Source of the DNA: Lama glama
Taxonomy: Eukaryota
DNA: 64,000 bases
Assembly (NCBI GenBank): GCA_028534125.1
Contig: CM052818.1
Coordinates: forward strand, 47,804,001 to 47,868,000
Reading direction: 5' to 3'
The notes beneath the pieces are model-generated. The model had not been told where the DNA came from. It saw nothing but the letters and a program-made list of their open reading frames with translations, and did no database searches. Position 1 is the stretch's first letter, and each line of letters starts with the position of its first letter. The translations under genes and the position numbers were made by a program. Shown here one piece after another: positions 1-12,000 of this stretch.

Positions 1-1980
1 GGGAAGAGAGGGGAGAATCAGGAATACTTTGCTAGGCACTTTTCCTACATATCAACTGGTATAGCGTTATTTGAAAGTGGATTTAGTTTAGTAAAATATA
101 TATATATGTATATATTGCAAATTCTGGAGCAACCACTGAAAGATGTTAAAAACTGTACTTGATATGCTAATAGAGGAGATAAAATAGAATTATACAAAAT
201 ACTCAAAACCAGAGAAATCAGGAAAAGGAGGAGGGGAAAAAAAAGAACAGATGAATAGAAAACAATTTCAAATATGGTAAATATTAATCCAACTACATTA
301 ATAATCATTTTAAATGTACCTCATCTAAATACACCAGTCAAAAATTGGAGATTTTCCAAGTGGATAAAAAAGCAAGATTCAACTGTATGCTTTCTAAATA
401 AACCCACTTCAAATAAAAAGATTCAAGTTAAAAACAAAGGGATGGAGAAAGATATTACTTGTTAATGCTAATAAAAAGGAAGCTAGAGTAGCTATGTTAA
501 TTTCAAACAAAACAGACTTCAGACCAAGGAAAATTATCAGGGATAAAGAGGAACATTATGCAGTCATAAAGGGGTCAATTCTCCGAGAAAACATAAAAAA
601 TACTAACGTGTGTGCACCTAACAACATAGTGTCAATATACAGAAGCAAAACCTGACAGACCTGTAAGGAGAAATAGACAAACCCACTATTATACTGCAGT
701 TAGAGGTTTCACCACTCCCTTCAGTGACAGGCAGACTCAACAAGTACACAGTTGACCTGAAGAGCACTAAACAGTCAATCTGATTTACCTGACACATACA
801 ATATTCCATCCAACAACAGCTGAATACACACTCCTCTAGTTCACATGGAACACTCTAGGCCATAAAACACACTTGAACACATTGACAAAAACAAAAGGAA
901 TCGTACGAAGTACGCTCTCCCATCGCAATGGAATTAAACTGGAAGCCGGTAACAGCAAGATAGCTGGAAAATCCCCAACTATCTGGAGATTCAACAGCAC
1001 ATTTATAAATAACACATGGGCCAAAGAAGAAGTCTCAAGATGAAAATTAAAATATAACTTATCAAGATGAGCAGAATGTGGCAAATACAGTGCTTACAGG
1101 GAAATTTATAGCATTAATATATAATATAGCAAATATTCCAGAAGAAGTGAGGCTGCAGGGAAGGGGGCAGGGCACAGCCATTAAAGGAAGGACGCCGCAA
1201 TGAGCACCAAGACGGCAGGAGATCCAACTCCCAGTGGACCTTGAGCTTCAATACGCCTTCATTGTCACACAAAGGCTGCTAAGTGGCACACCCACCGGTG
1301 CCATGACACTTTCAAGACTGACCATAAAAGGTCAAAAAGTGGGCAATGGCCCAATTCCAAAGGCCCAAAAAGTGGGAATACCCGCCCCTTCCCCACAGTA
1401 GTTGGAATAGTCCTCCCATTTGTTAGCATATGAAGTTACCGAGCCCATGAACGCTAGCAACCCCACACCTTGTGGCCAATCTCACTTTCCTAGGTGACCC
1501 CACTCTCTGAGGCCACCACCTCTAGCCTCTTGAGATGGCCCGGATTCTGCCTGTGGAATGTGTATCTCCTAGGCCTCTCGGTCGCGCTCTCCGTCCTTCG
1601 GAGACGCCTGCACTCTGTCTACGGGGTGCATCTCTGTAAGCAAACCCACCTTCACTCAACTGTGGCTCTCTCTTGAATCCTTTCCTGCGCATAGCCAAGG
1701 ACCCTCACCTGGCGGGCGCATCCCAGGGACTCACACAAGACCTGACCCAAGTCCCAAGACGCGACCATTCTGCATCAGAAGAAAGATCTAAAATCAGTCA
1801 TCCAAGCTTCCTCTTTAGAAAACCAGAGTAAGAGCAACTTGGCCTAAAACAAGCAGGAGAAAAGACGCAGTAAACACTGGGGCAGAAGTCAATGAACTCA
1901 TAAACGGAAAAGCAACAGAGAAAAACAAAAACTCACGAGCTGATTCTTAAAAGACCAATGAGGCTGATAAACACCCAGTT
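1..1980 (+). mobile_element. Old, degenerate LINE-1 (ORF2 endonuclease region), interrupted by an LTR at 1148-1777
   Basis: A-rich; ORF 274-465 (IIILNVPHLNTPVKNWRFSKWIKKQDSTVCFL) resembles the L1 ORF2 N-terminus; L1-like sequence resumes at 1778. Confidence 0.85.
1148..1777 (+). mobile_element. Solo ERV1-type LTR
   Basis: TG...CA ends (tgaggct...tgcatca) with a 4-bp target-site duplication GAAG (1144-1147 and 1778-1781). Confidence 0.8.
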
Positions 1981-1981
1981 G

Positions 1982-2507
1982 TGTTAGGCAGGTAGGTAAG
2001 TGTGGGCACCGGCAGACAGGGGGCGGAGAGGGAGGATGGCCCGGAAAATGACGTTCTGCCCCACCTCCAGCAAAAAGAAACTTCACTTCTTCTAAATGGG
2101 TCCCAGCAAGAAATCAGTTAAAACCCAACAGCCACAACTGACTTCACCGGACGCAACTCAATGTTCATGATATTTTAATTAAGTGAGGTTTAGCCCATTC
2201 CCCTTGGGTTTCTGTGTGTTCACCATGGGGGAGGACACGCACAAAGGGGGCGAACACGACTAAGCACTCCAGGGGCAAGAGCCGTCAATCAAAAGACCAC
2301 CTCTAAGCGAGGCTCTCAGAGAAAGGGGAGATTTGGAAAACACCCCTTCTCCCCCCTTGGATCAGCCCGCCTCCCGTTCTTGAAGGCGTATTTTTCCTTT
2401 TCTAAGAGTCTTTTAAGATCTTTCGCTACACAACGCACCATCTCCCAAGTGTGAACATCCTTCAGGTATGACACGAACTGTGGTCTTCTCTTTTCCAGGG
2501 GGTAACA
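1982..2507 (+). mobile_element. Solo LTR
   Basis: TGTTA...TAACA termini and LTR-like U3/R composition; TSD not clear. Confidence 0.6.
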
Positions 2508-2516
2508 GGCTAAAAT

Positions 2517-3043
2517 TGTGAAGGTTAAGATGAGCACATAAAACTGTGAACAAAAAAGACTGCAGACCGTGTCAGTAAACAAAGAATGCTGAAGCCATCA
2601 AGTCATCAGTGGCTGCCACCACCCCCCAGTGAAGACAAGCCTGCAACCCATCCCTGCAGCACGTCCTCTGCAGCCACTCACAGTGGTGCCCTCTGAGGGG
2701 ACTCTGAATAAGAAAGGACAGGACACTGGCCCTAGATAGCTAGGTGCTTGTCAAAGGAATGAATTCAATGAGCCCAAGTGTTTGCTTCCTCCCACACATA
2801 GAAAAGCACTAAATTCTTTTAACCTGAGATGCCTGGTTTTCTTTAGTTAACAAGTAATCTTTTAGTGTTCCAACTCCCTGGTCTTCGTTGCAAGGCTCCT
2901 CTATATCCCAGCCCGTCCCCTACCTCTTCGGAGCAGTCCTTCAGAGCCATCTGAGAGGCTGTCATCTCGGGCTGAGTCCTCAGAATTGTCCACCGAATAA
3001 AACAACTCTCAGCTTTTAGGTTGTGCATTTATTTCAGCTGACA
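2517..3043 (+). mobile_element. Solo LTR (ERV1-like)
   Basis: TG...CA ends, TATA-like ctatat at about 2901, AATAAA at about 2996, near-TSD aaat/aaac. Confidence 0.7.
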
Positions 3044-3194
3044 AAACATAAGGGTGTGAGCTTTCAGTAGGAAAGGCAGGTAGGACTAACCTCGGCCCAA
3101 AGCCTCGTATGTGCTGTATCTGCCAGCCCTGGGGTAGTCTGGGGCACTTTCACGGGACACTTAAAGGCAAAATAGCAATCAAAAGAGAAAAATA

Positions 3195-3325
3195 GGAGGG
3201 AGGGTATAGCTCAGTGGCAAAGTGTGTGCCTAGCATGCGTGAGGTCCTGGGCTCAACCCCTGGTACCGCCATCAAGAAAAATAAATAAATAAACCTAAAT
3301 ACCCCCCCCAATTAAAAAAAGAGAG
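3195..3325 (+). mobile_element. tRNA-derived SINE (camelid Vic-1-like)
   Basis: ggagggtatagctcagtgg...gaggtcctgggctcaacccc with A/B boxes and an A-rich tail. Confidence 0.85.
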
Positions 3326-5119
3326 AGAGAAATAAGGGAAGGAAGAAACATGGCACAGTTTCACTTAGGCTGTTCTAAACAGAAACAGCTGAAGAGCTAG
3401 AGACAATACCAGCCCTGATGGGTCTAATACTTCCCATTTTTGTGGACCAGGAAGGCAGTATTTTCTTCAAGTGGGATGTGCTTTTGAGATGGAATTTGAG
3501 CGCATTAGGCAGTATTTGTCCCAGTTCCCAGAGCCCTCACCTCTTCCTCACGCCTCACACCTGTCTGCCTCCCTCCCTGTGGAATTCCTTGAGAGTTATA
3601 TGTGGATCTGCCCTCTGGCTAGGATTTAAATGTTTTTCTTTAAATGTTCTCTTTTGCGACGTAGGTCATCTTCAGAGGAGACCTGAAAAAGCAGCAGCCC
3701 TGGGAACATTTACAGCGAGGTTAAGGGTCTTTGCAGAGGTTTCTGATGGGACATGAAGTCCGGGGCAGGACTGTGGCTGCTGTCCCCGTGGCCCTGCTCC
3801 ATGAGGCTCAGGTAGTGACCACAACCACAGGGGCACGGGGAGCCTGGACTTCGAGGGGCCACAGTGTCATGGTTACGACATCAACTGTCACTGCGCAGGT
3901 GCAGGGACGTGAGCTAGAAGCGGGCCTGAAAGAGCACCCCTGCAGGAAAAACGTCTGTGTTTGCACCTCTCTGTCTTGTTTAACTAACAGACAGGTGTTT
4001 CCTGATTGACCCTCATGTCTCTTCTAGCCCCTGCAGCAAATCATCCACTGGGGATGCAGGGTTATTTGCTAAATACCTATTTGTCGTGGAAGAAACAATC
4101 AAATGTGTTCTTGGAGGGGGCAGAATGTACAGTCAAACACATTTTTAACTGGATATAATTTATTTCACTATAAAATTATATAGCACCACAATTTTTAAAA
4201 ATCAAAAATAGAAAAAAAAAGTCACAGTCCTTGTGAGTTACGATTCCTTTCCCCAGGATATTGTCCACATCTGTGCATATTTTGTGCATCCATTTCAGTC
4301 TCATAATTGAGACATTTTCCCACTTTCCCACTTTCTCCCATTTTTTCTTTTTTTTTTTAAATGAAAAAGTTCCCTGTAACGCCTCACCTCACCCAACACA
4401 AGAGTGATTTTCACTTTTACAAAGGGCTTTTAACACAATCTCCAAAAATCTTACTGAGTTAGAGCAGAATATTTACTTAACCACACTGAGATGTTTTCCT
4501 TTGGGCTGTTATTTAGAACAAACAAACAAACAAACGAAGAGGAGCATTTGTGCTACAAAGCACTTCTTTTCCCCTACATTTAGTATCGTGTCTTTGAGCA
4601 AAATTCTCCGAAGTGCAACCGTCTGAAGTAATCATGCAGTTGCAAATAAAAATCATGCATTTATCTCTAAGTCATCCCTTCCCCCAGCTCAGGCCTAAAA
4701 ATTCATTCCTCCTGCTGAGGCAACATGATTTATATTTAAATACTTCCTGTTCTTCAACAAGGGCCCACTTCATCATCTGGGCGAACGTTCCTGGTAGCTA
4801 ATTTCTCTAAGAAATTTTCTTTTAATTTGAAAAATTTTAAACCCAGACATTCTTTCTCTTACCACTCAAGGTATTTATTACCACCTAATGGTGGATGTAC
4901 TATAACTAGACTGATTTCTAGATAAGCAGCGTGATGGGGTAAGATACACAGAATCCTCATCAGGAGAAATCCCTGGGGAATTTCAACTAAAATCACAGAA
5001 ACTCCATTTGCAGCTTCCGGATGGGTTGTTTTTATTAGCAGCTCAGCTAAGGGTTTTTGTCATTTGGGGTCAGTTTATAAATGTCAGTGGTTTTAAAAAC
5101 CACCATATGGTAGTGTTTC

Positions 5120-5260
5120 AGAAAAAAGAAAAAAAGAAAAGAAAAGAAGAGGGAAGGGAAGGGAAGGGGACGGAAGGGAAGGGGAGGGAAGGGAAGGGAA
5201 GGGCAGGGAAGGGGAGGGAAGGGAAGGGGAGGGGAGGGGAGGGGAGGGAAGGGAAGAAAC
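5120..5260 (+). repeat. Polypurine simple repeat (GGGAA/GGGGA)n preceded by an A-rich tract
   Basis: About 20 pentamer units seen directly. Confidence 0.95.
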
Positions 5261-5416
5261 CCTAAACCTTCAGGCAGGGGCGTCACGTCCTTTATTTATT
5301 TATTTTTTTTAATGTACTGAGTTCAGCTGAAAGTTTAACACACTGAAGCTGCCTGTACCAGGCGCCATGCAGGGAATTCAAAAATGGGTGACGAGTGACA
5401 GAAAAAAAAAAAAGTA

Positions 5417-5515
5417 GGGGGAGCATATAGCTCAGGCGTAGAGCATGTGCTTGGTGTACACGAGGTCCTGGTTTCAACCCTCAGTGCGTTCCTTGAGGGG
5501 GAAAAAACAAAAAGA
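5417..5515 (+). mobile_element. tRNA-derived SINE (Vic-1-like)
   Basis: ggggagcatatagctcagg...gaggtcctggtttcaaccc. Confidence 0.8.
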
Positions 5516-5534
5516 AATGTCATAATCTCATTAC

Positions 5535-5690
5535 GGGGGAGGGTAGAGCTCAGTGGGAGAGCACATGCTTAGCAAGAACGAGGTCCTGGGTTCAATCCCC
5601 AGTGCCTCCATTAACATAAGCAAACAAACAAACAAACAAGTAAATAAACCTAATTACCTCCCTCCAAGAGAAACAAAAAAGAAAAGAAAA
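5535..5690 (+). mobile_element. tRNA-derived SINE (Vic-1-like), tandem with the previous copy
   Basis: gggggagggtagagctcagtgg...gggttcaatccccagtgcctcc followed by an (AAAC)n tail. Confidence 0.85.
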
Positions 5691-7109
5691 ATCTTGAAAG
5701 GCAGAGCTTAATTTAACTCAGGGATGTTTTACTTACGGAGAACTCACGGCAAATCATGCCAAACACTCAAAAGCACCGTCATTTCGGGTTGAATCTAATT
5801 TCTGTATAACTGTGCCTGACTCTCAGCTGACTAAGTGACAGTTATATTTTGTTGACTGACACGATCCATATGTTACTATCAATTCAGTTTTTTTTTTACT
5901 ACATTAAAGCTAATACTTATTTCCAGGATTTTAAAATACTCAGTTTTGCAAAGCTCACAGTCCCCCGGGAGGCACCGTGCCTGCTGCGTCCAGGAGTAAA
6001 AGGATGCTGACTCAATTCCACGCCATCCACAAAATGCCAGGGCAGTTCAGGGACACGATGGGGTCTGAAGGGGCCACGAAGAGCTCCCAGGAACCGGCAG
6101 GAAGAAGAGCAGCAGGATGACCCCAGGAGAAGGCACGGTGCCCCGTCAGGAATGCGGCAATGCGCCTGGGATGCAGGAAGAAGCAAGTGATGCGGGGGCG
6201 GGGTACCCTGCGATGCCCTGTGATGGCAGGAAGTGCAGCCGGCCAGGGACAGCAGGCCAGAGAACAGAAAGGGCCCGAAAGAAACGCATCTAAAAATGCA
6301 GAAGAAAAGATTGGGCGGCTCTGACAGCAGGGATGCAAACAAGGAAGGCGCCTCAGCCAGGAACGAGGGGCACGGCGTTCAGGAGGTGAGCTGGAGAGGG
6401 ACCCCTGGGGTGGGGCTGGACGGCCAGAGGAGATACCCTCCAGGATTCCTGGTCAAGACCTGCGGACTCAGGCCGGGGGCAGGTGGCAGGACTCCCAAAG
6501 CAGGGCACACGGGTGGGAGAGGATGCTCGCAACCCATCTCCCTCGGGCACCGGGCGGTGGAAGCCTGGTGGATGCACTTGACCTGATCCTTGATGAGGGG
6601 CAGTGAAAAGCCAGTGTTCGAGGGCAGACGGGGTGGACACCATGAGACAGGTGGACTTAGGAGGGCCTGCAGCAATTAACTGGAGGCACAGGTGAAACTC
6701 AGTGCAGATTCCAATGATCTAGGAGTTCTGTAAAGAAAAACGTTCAGTCACCCAAGCCAAGCCGAGCCCCTCATCTTACATATGAAACATCAAAGTCTGA
6801 GGACTTTTGCATCTGAGTTGATACAGAAAGGAGTCAGCAGGATGGTCGGATCTGAATGACACAAGCTGCAGAGAAGAGGCTGGCCAAGCTGGGCGGGGAC
6901 GTCCAGCATCCACGACTGAACTCAAGTGGGAACCGCGCAGCGACCATGAACTCCGCACAAGTCGGGCCCAGCCCTGCTCCTGGGCGGCCCGCCGTGGGGC
7001 CGGGCTGCAGAAGGGGGCAGGGCTGGGCACAAGGCCTGTTAACCGCGAAACAAAGGCACCTCTCCAAGCCCCTTCAGACCAGCAGCCCGAGGAAGTAAAA
7101 GGGGAGATG

Positions 7110-7395
7110 CTTCTGTAATTTTACATCTTCAGGTGTCCACATTAAAAAAAAAAGAAAAAGAAGCAAGGGAAGTTAATTTTGTAACGTATTTTATTTAACT
7201 CAGTATAGCCAAACTGAAATCACTTCAACATGTAATCAACTTAAACATTATTAATTAATAATGCACTCGACTTTTCACACTAGATCTTGGACACCAGATG
7301 CTTTCCACACTCATGGCATCACTCACCTGGGACTGGCCCCAGTTCAAGGGCTCAACAGCCACAGGGGGTCAGGGGCTACCGCCCGCACAGCCCAG
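7110..7395. mobile_element. MER33/MER3-like hAT-Charlie DNA transposon relic
   Basis: Motifs ccacattaaaaaa...ttttatttaac...ttcaacatgtaatcaa...tcaagggctcaacagccac...ggctacc resemble the MER33 consensus as recalled. Confidence 0.7.
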
Positions 7396-8659
7396 CCCTC
7401 CATCCCCACCGCCCTCGACCGGCCTGCATTTGGTTTGCAACTGGTGTACGGGGAAGAGGTCCTGCCCTCCCCAGGTGTGCTCGGCCCCAGAGAGAGAGGC
7501 CTTACCTGTGAGGCCTCAGGACACGGCCCAAGGCCTCTGCCCCGAGGCCCTCTTGGCCAGCAAACAAGGAAGGAAGGCTGGACCAGCCGCACGTGGCTGG
7601 GGACCGGGCGAAAACAAGGTCACTATCCAGGAAGTGTGGCTCTGGGCCAAAGGGGAAGAATCCTAGGAGCGATTAAAGTATTAACAGATAAGGACTGTTC
7701 CCCTGGCCACTCTGCCGCAGGAAGGGCACCTTGCTTTACAGATAAACTGAAAACATTTCCTTCTGAGGCTTACTTACACTTGCACATTCGAGGGCCCAGT
7801 ACCTGGCCGAGGGCAGGGGCTCAGTATATATCAAAAAGCAGGCAGCTTAAGCTGGAGCTATTTCACAAGCAGGAGGAACGAAGAGCAAGCAGTGTTGCTG
7901 GATGGAAATTCCTGCGTGTCCCCACGGGTTGTTTTCACAAGAGTTTTTACTATAAACTTGCAAAAGTTTAAGTGGTTGGCACCTGTCCTGTTGATTACAG
8001 AACACCATATTACCTACCTGGTTCTAGAAAAGCCTCACCAGCCCCTCCCCGCCCTCTCTCCACGCCCTCCCCCTCACTGTCTACTCCTTAATCTGCCCTT
8101 GAACTGCCAGCACCAAAGAGGTTTTGCCAAGTGAATGAATGAAGTGAACCAAAAGGAAGAATGAATGAATGAGATTGTTTCTGGACTCGAATGTCTTTGA
8201 AGGGAAAGGGTGCCCGTTAAGTTTAATAACTATTTCCTGAGCACCTACTATGTGCCAGACAGGGTACAGAAATGAATGAGACAGGATGGTGATTCCCTGC
8301 CCTCACTGCACCCAAAACACAAGTATTCATGGGAGAGTCAGGTGTGTTGGCCCTGCACCCGTAAGACACCAAGGGCACTGGAGCCCAAGCCCATTGGTTT
8401 GGACGTCAACCTGTATGGAGTCTTGCCTTTCAAAGAAGAGCAGCTAAGAGAAGCAGATAATTCAACGCTCACGCAGGACGGGGCAGCTACAGTGGAGGCC
8501 CTGGCGTCTGAGAACAGCACGGAGCAGCTGAACCGAGGCCCCCACGCTGCGCCTTCTGTGCCCCGTCACTGAGGACACAGAGGCCATTCTGCTGCTGGCC
8601 GGACACACAGTAACATGCTAGCACACACAAACACACACCACGTGGCACTGGGAGACACG

Positions 8660-9075
8660 GGTCATGGGCTGAACTGTGAACTCCCAGCACCCAGTGTCTG
8701 GGAATGTGACCGTATCAGGGAGTCTGAGAGTGACCACGTCGTGATCCGCACAGCAGCTCACCCCGTATGACTGGTGACGAGTCACGTTCGCCTACCTTAA
8801 CCCATCCAGACTTCCCTAACAAAAATTTCGTAGACTGGGGGGCTTATAAACAACAAACATGTATCTCTCACAGCTCTGGAGGCTGGGAGACTAAGACCAA
8901 GGTGTCTGGCGAGGGCGCTCCCTGGGGCCTGCTTTTTGAGGGCACTAGTCCCGTCTGCAAGGGCCCCGCCCTCAGGGCCTCATCTCACCCTGTCACCTCC
9001 ACCCCCTAGCAACATCACACCGGGGTTAGGGCTCACCCCGTGACATCAGAGGGACGCAAACCCTGGGTGTATAGC
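8660..9075. mobile_element. MaLR (MLT1-like) LTR fragments
   Basis: gggctgaactgtg...gaatgtgaccgtat and ggcttataaacaacaaacat...tctcacagctctggaggctggga are typical MLT1 motifs. Confidence 0.65.
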
Positions 9076-12000
9076 ATCGCCCCTCTGCCTGAGGACAAGA
9101 GAGACGTTAGGAGGGTGTCAGCGAGCAAGACTGGGACGAGGGAAGATACACCCTGAAAGAGAGGCAATTCCTTAGGGTCCCATGAGCCGAAAGAATAAAG
9201 ATAGCTTTTTCTTCTTTCTACTCAATCCAGCCCACCCACCACTCTGCCTCCTACAGCCAGACCCTCAGTGCTCAGGGCCCCTGGCCAGTGCTTCACAGAG
9301 ACATAAAGAAGAAACTGCCAACTGTGGCCCCGGCAGGGAGAGCCGGCTCTGCCTCGGCCACACCAGGATGGGGACCACCCCGCCCCTGCCACGTGATCAG
9401 GAAGAAATGCAGTTTTGCCAACAAGTCCGGGCCCCGAGGCGCCCGCTCTGCAGGTCTTCCCAGCCCTTCCCATCCCGTCGTCCTCACGCTGTAAGTGCTG
9501 AGCGGCAGTCGGGCTGTCAGGAAAAGTTAGTTTATGGGACTGTTTTGTTTCTCTTCCTTCTCCACGGCACAGCCAACGGCCAGCCTCCCAAGGGCCCTGC
9601 AAGCCTGTGCACTTCCCAGAGCAAAGCTGCTCCTGGAACACACGGCCCGCGAGACGCTTCTGAATGTGCGCTGCCACCGTGGGCCAGAGGAGGGGGTCAG
9701 GCAGTCAAGACAGACACCCCGAGGCAGAGCTCGCTCACCACCAGGGACTAGCCCTCACGCTGCTCAGAGCACCTCCAGCGGCGGCTGTGCTCCCTTGGCG
9801 ATCGATGGCCCCCTCTGCGTGCCCCTGGCAAACGCTCCTTCCAGGACCTCCGACCACCTCCTTACCTGGAACACCTCTGTCTTTCATGAGAAAGAGCCAA
9901 ACTCGAAAGGCAGACGGGGTCTAACGACCAGCCCTGGCTCCCCGGCACCCTCGAGAACAGATCCTCTGGGCCCAAATGTTCGCCCCCTTCTGCCAGCACA
10001 GAGCACCCTCCTCCCCACTGTCCCCCGTCTCCAGTGTCTACCCAGCTTCTCTCCAGTCTCCACCGGTCACTCCCTCACCTGGATGGGCACATGCTGGCCC
10101 TGGGGCATCACTATCCCCTCACAGAGCCTCCCTGCTGGACCGCGAGCACTGCCGGGTGAGGCCCACTTCTCAGGCCTCGTCCTCCCCCGCATCAGCGCTG
10201 ACGCCACTGGGTCCCCCGAGGTAGCCCACGCAAGACTCACCACCGCCTGACTCTGGGCCTGGGCTGTCTGCCGTCTACACCGCCAGGGTCCCAAGACTGT
10301 CAAGCCCGCCCCACTACACCCCAAGCTGCCAGGCCCCCGTGCGGGGTCTTTCCTTCCAACACAAGCCAACACCCCCATCCACTTCTGCTCACAGTCCTGT
10401 GGTGACCAGCTCTGTAGCCTGACCTCCCCAAAGAGAGAGCACCCCTGGATTTGCTCAGATCTTGCTGGAGAACAGAATGCGAACCCTGATCCCATCTCCT
10501 CATTGATAACCTGCCCCAGGGTCCCTTCTGAACCAGGTTTCTCTACCTTGGATTCACTCGGGCAAAAATGCATTCAGAAAGAGCACGCTAGGTACTAAGG
10601 GAATGCAAAGAACGAAAAAGTTCCTCCCCTAGAAGGGCTTTTAATTTAGTATGAGAAATGACGTAGTTATGTCAAAATTAGAGAGGTTTCAGTGCAATTA
10701 TAGATTCTGAAAAAAAAGTTGCAGTGGAAGCACGTGGTAGAGGAAAGGATCCCCAGCCCGTGGGTGAGAGCTCAGGGCTGGAAGGAGGGGGCCCGGCAGG
10801 AGGGGGCCCGGCTGGGGCCCTCGGGCTGCAGTTCTGTGCTCTCTGCTCCGTGCCTGCATTGCCTCATCCGTCAGAAGCCAGTGCTGGAAAAGTTGGCCTC
10901 CACACCCCTCCCACGTTAATGATCCCAGAGCTTTAAGAAAAAGTCAACATGTGTGCCGAGTCTGGAAGGATCATTAGGAACCTGGCACATGGAGGTGGTG
11001 GGAGAACGTTCTGGGGCTCATGTGTGGAGGCTGCAGAGAGATCAGAGCTGGAGAGACAGGGTGGAACCAAGTCAGGAAAAACCTGGAAAGCTCAGCTGGG
11101 GGCACACTCGTGACTTTACAGGCAACGGTGTCCCAGCAGGAAATGACAAGAGGTCAGTGGCGAGCAGGGGAGAGACACCACTGGGACCAACACAAAGTGT
11201 CCCAGGGAAGATACACAAGATCTCCATGATTCTCCTTAAGACACTGTTCAACTTGGGGTGGAAGAGGTCCCTAACACGAGGTCTGCACACTTCCCAACCA
11301 CAAGCAGGGAGAGAAAACAGTCTCTCTGACCAGCAGGTCCTTCCTGCAGGAAGTGTGGGCAAGCCTCACTAGGGAGGCGGCGGCAGGGGGTGGCCAGCGG
11401 TGCTGTTCTGGAACACGGGAGAGCCTGCGGACAAGCCAACCACAGGGCGCAAGCAGACGGGACTCATATACCACCCGCCGCTGGCCAGGTAACAGGACCG
11501 GGAGGCAGGCAGGACATAAAGGGACAGCCACAGGCTGCCTGCATGGCTAGTGGGTCAGTGCAAGTCCAGACGCATTCTCTTCTCCTCTGATGTGGCGGGC
11601 ACAGCCCCGCCTCCCTCCAGATAACCTTAAAACACTGCCACCCCAACATCAAATGTGCCCAGTTTCAAAGGACTGCTTGAAAACTGGCGCTTGGGAAGCC
11701 AACAAATGTCTCAGGAAAATCACGCTGCAGGAGGCGTTCGAGGACAGACATAAAGCCCTGTTTAACCAATAACCAGCCTGAGAGACAGAGTCAGTGTCTG
11801 CCGTCTGGGTTTGGAACCCTCTTCTGCCTGGCCAGGTCTGCCCGGGTTCCAGCCCACAGAGCCCTGCCATCCGTGCTGGGGCTCACTTCCAGCTCAGCTC
11901 GGAGGCTCCCCCCTGCCACCCAGCTGCGATCACCCAGGGCATCGCGGCAACCTTGCTCAGTGCCCCTGAAGTCATAGGACAGCAATCGTGGATCATAAAA

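Noticed and set aside
3195..3325. tRNA-like sequences (here and at 5417, 5535, 18588, 20035, 25174, 57630)
   Set aside because: They are dispersed, diverged copies with A-rich tails, so they are SINEs rather than tRNA genes
7261..7971. 236-aa ORF
   Set aside because: Starts inside a MER33-like relic; no recognisable homology or exon signals
9182..10250. 189-aa and 238-aa ORFs
   Set aside because: GC-rich intronic DNA with no recognisable domain; most likely chance ORFs
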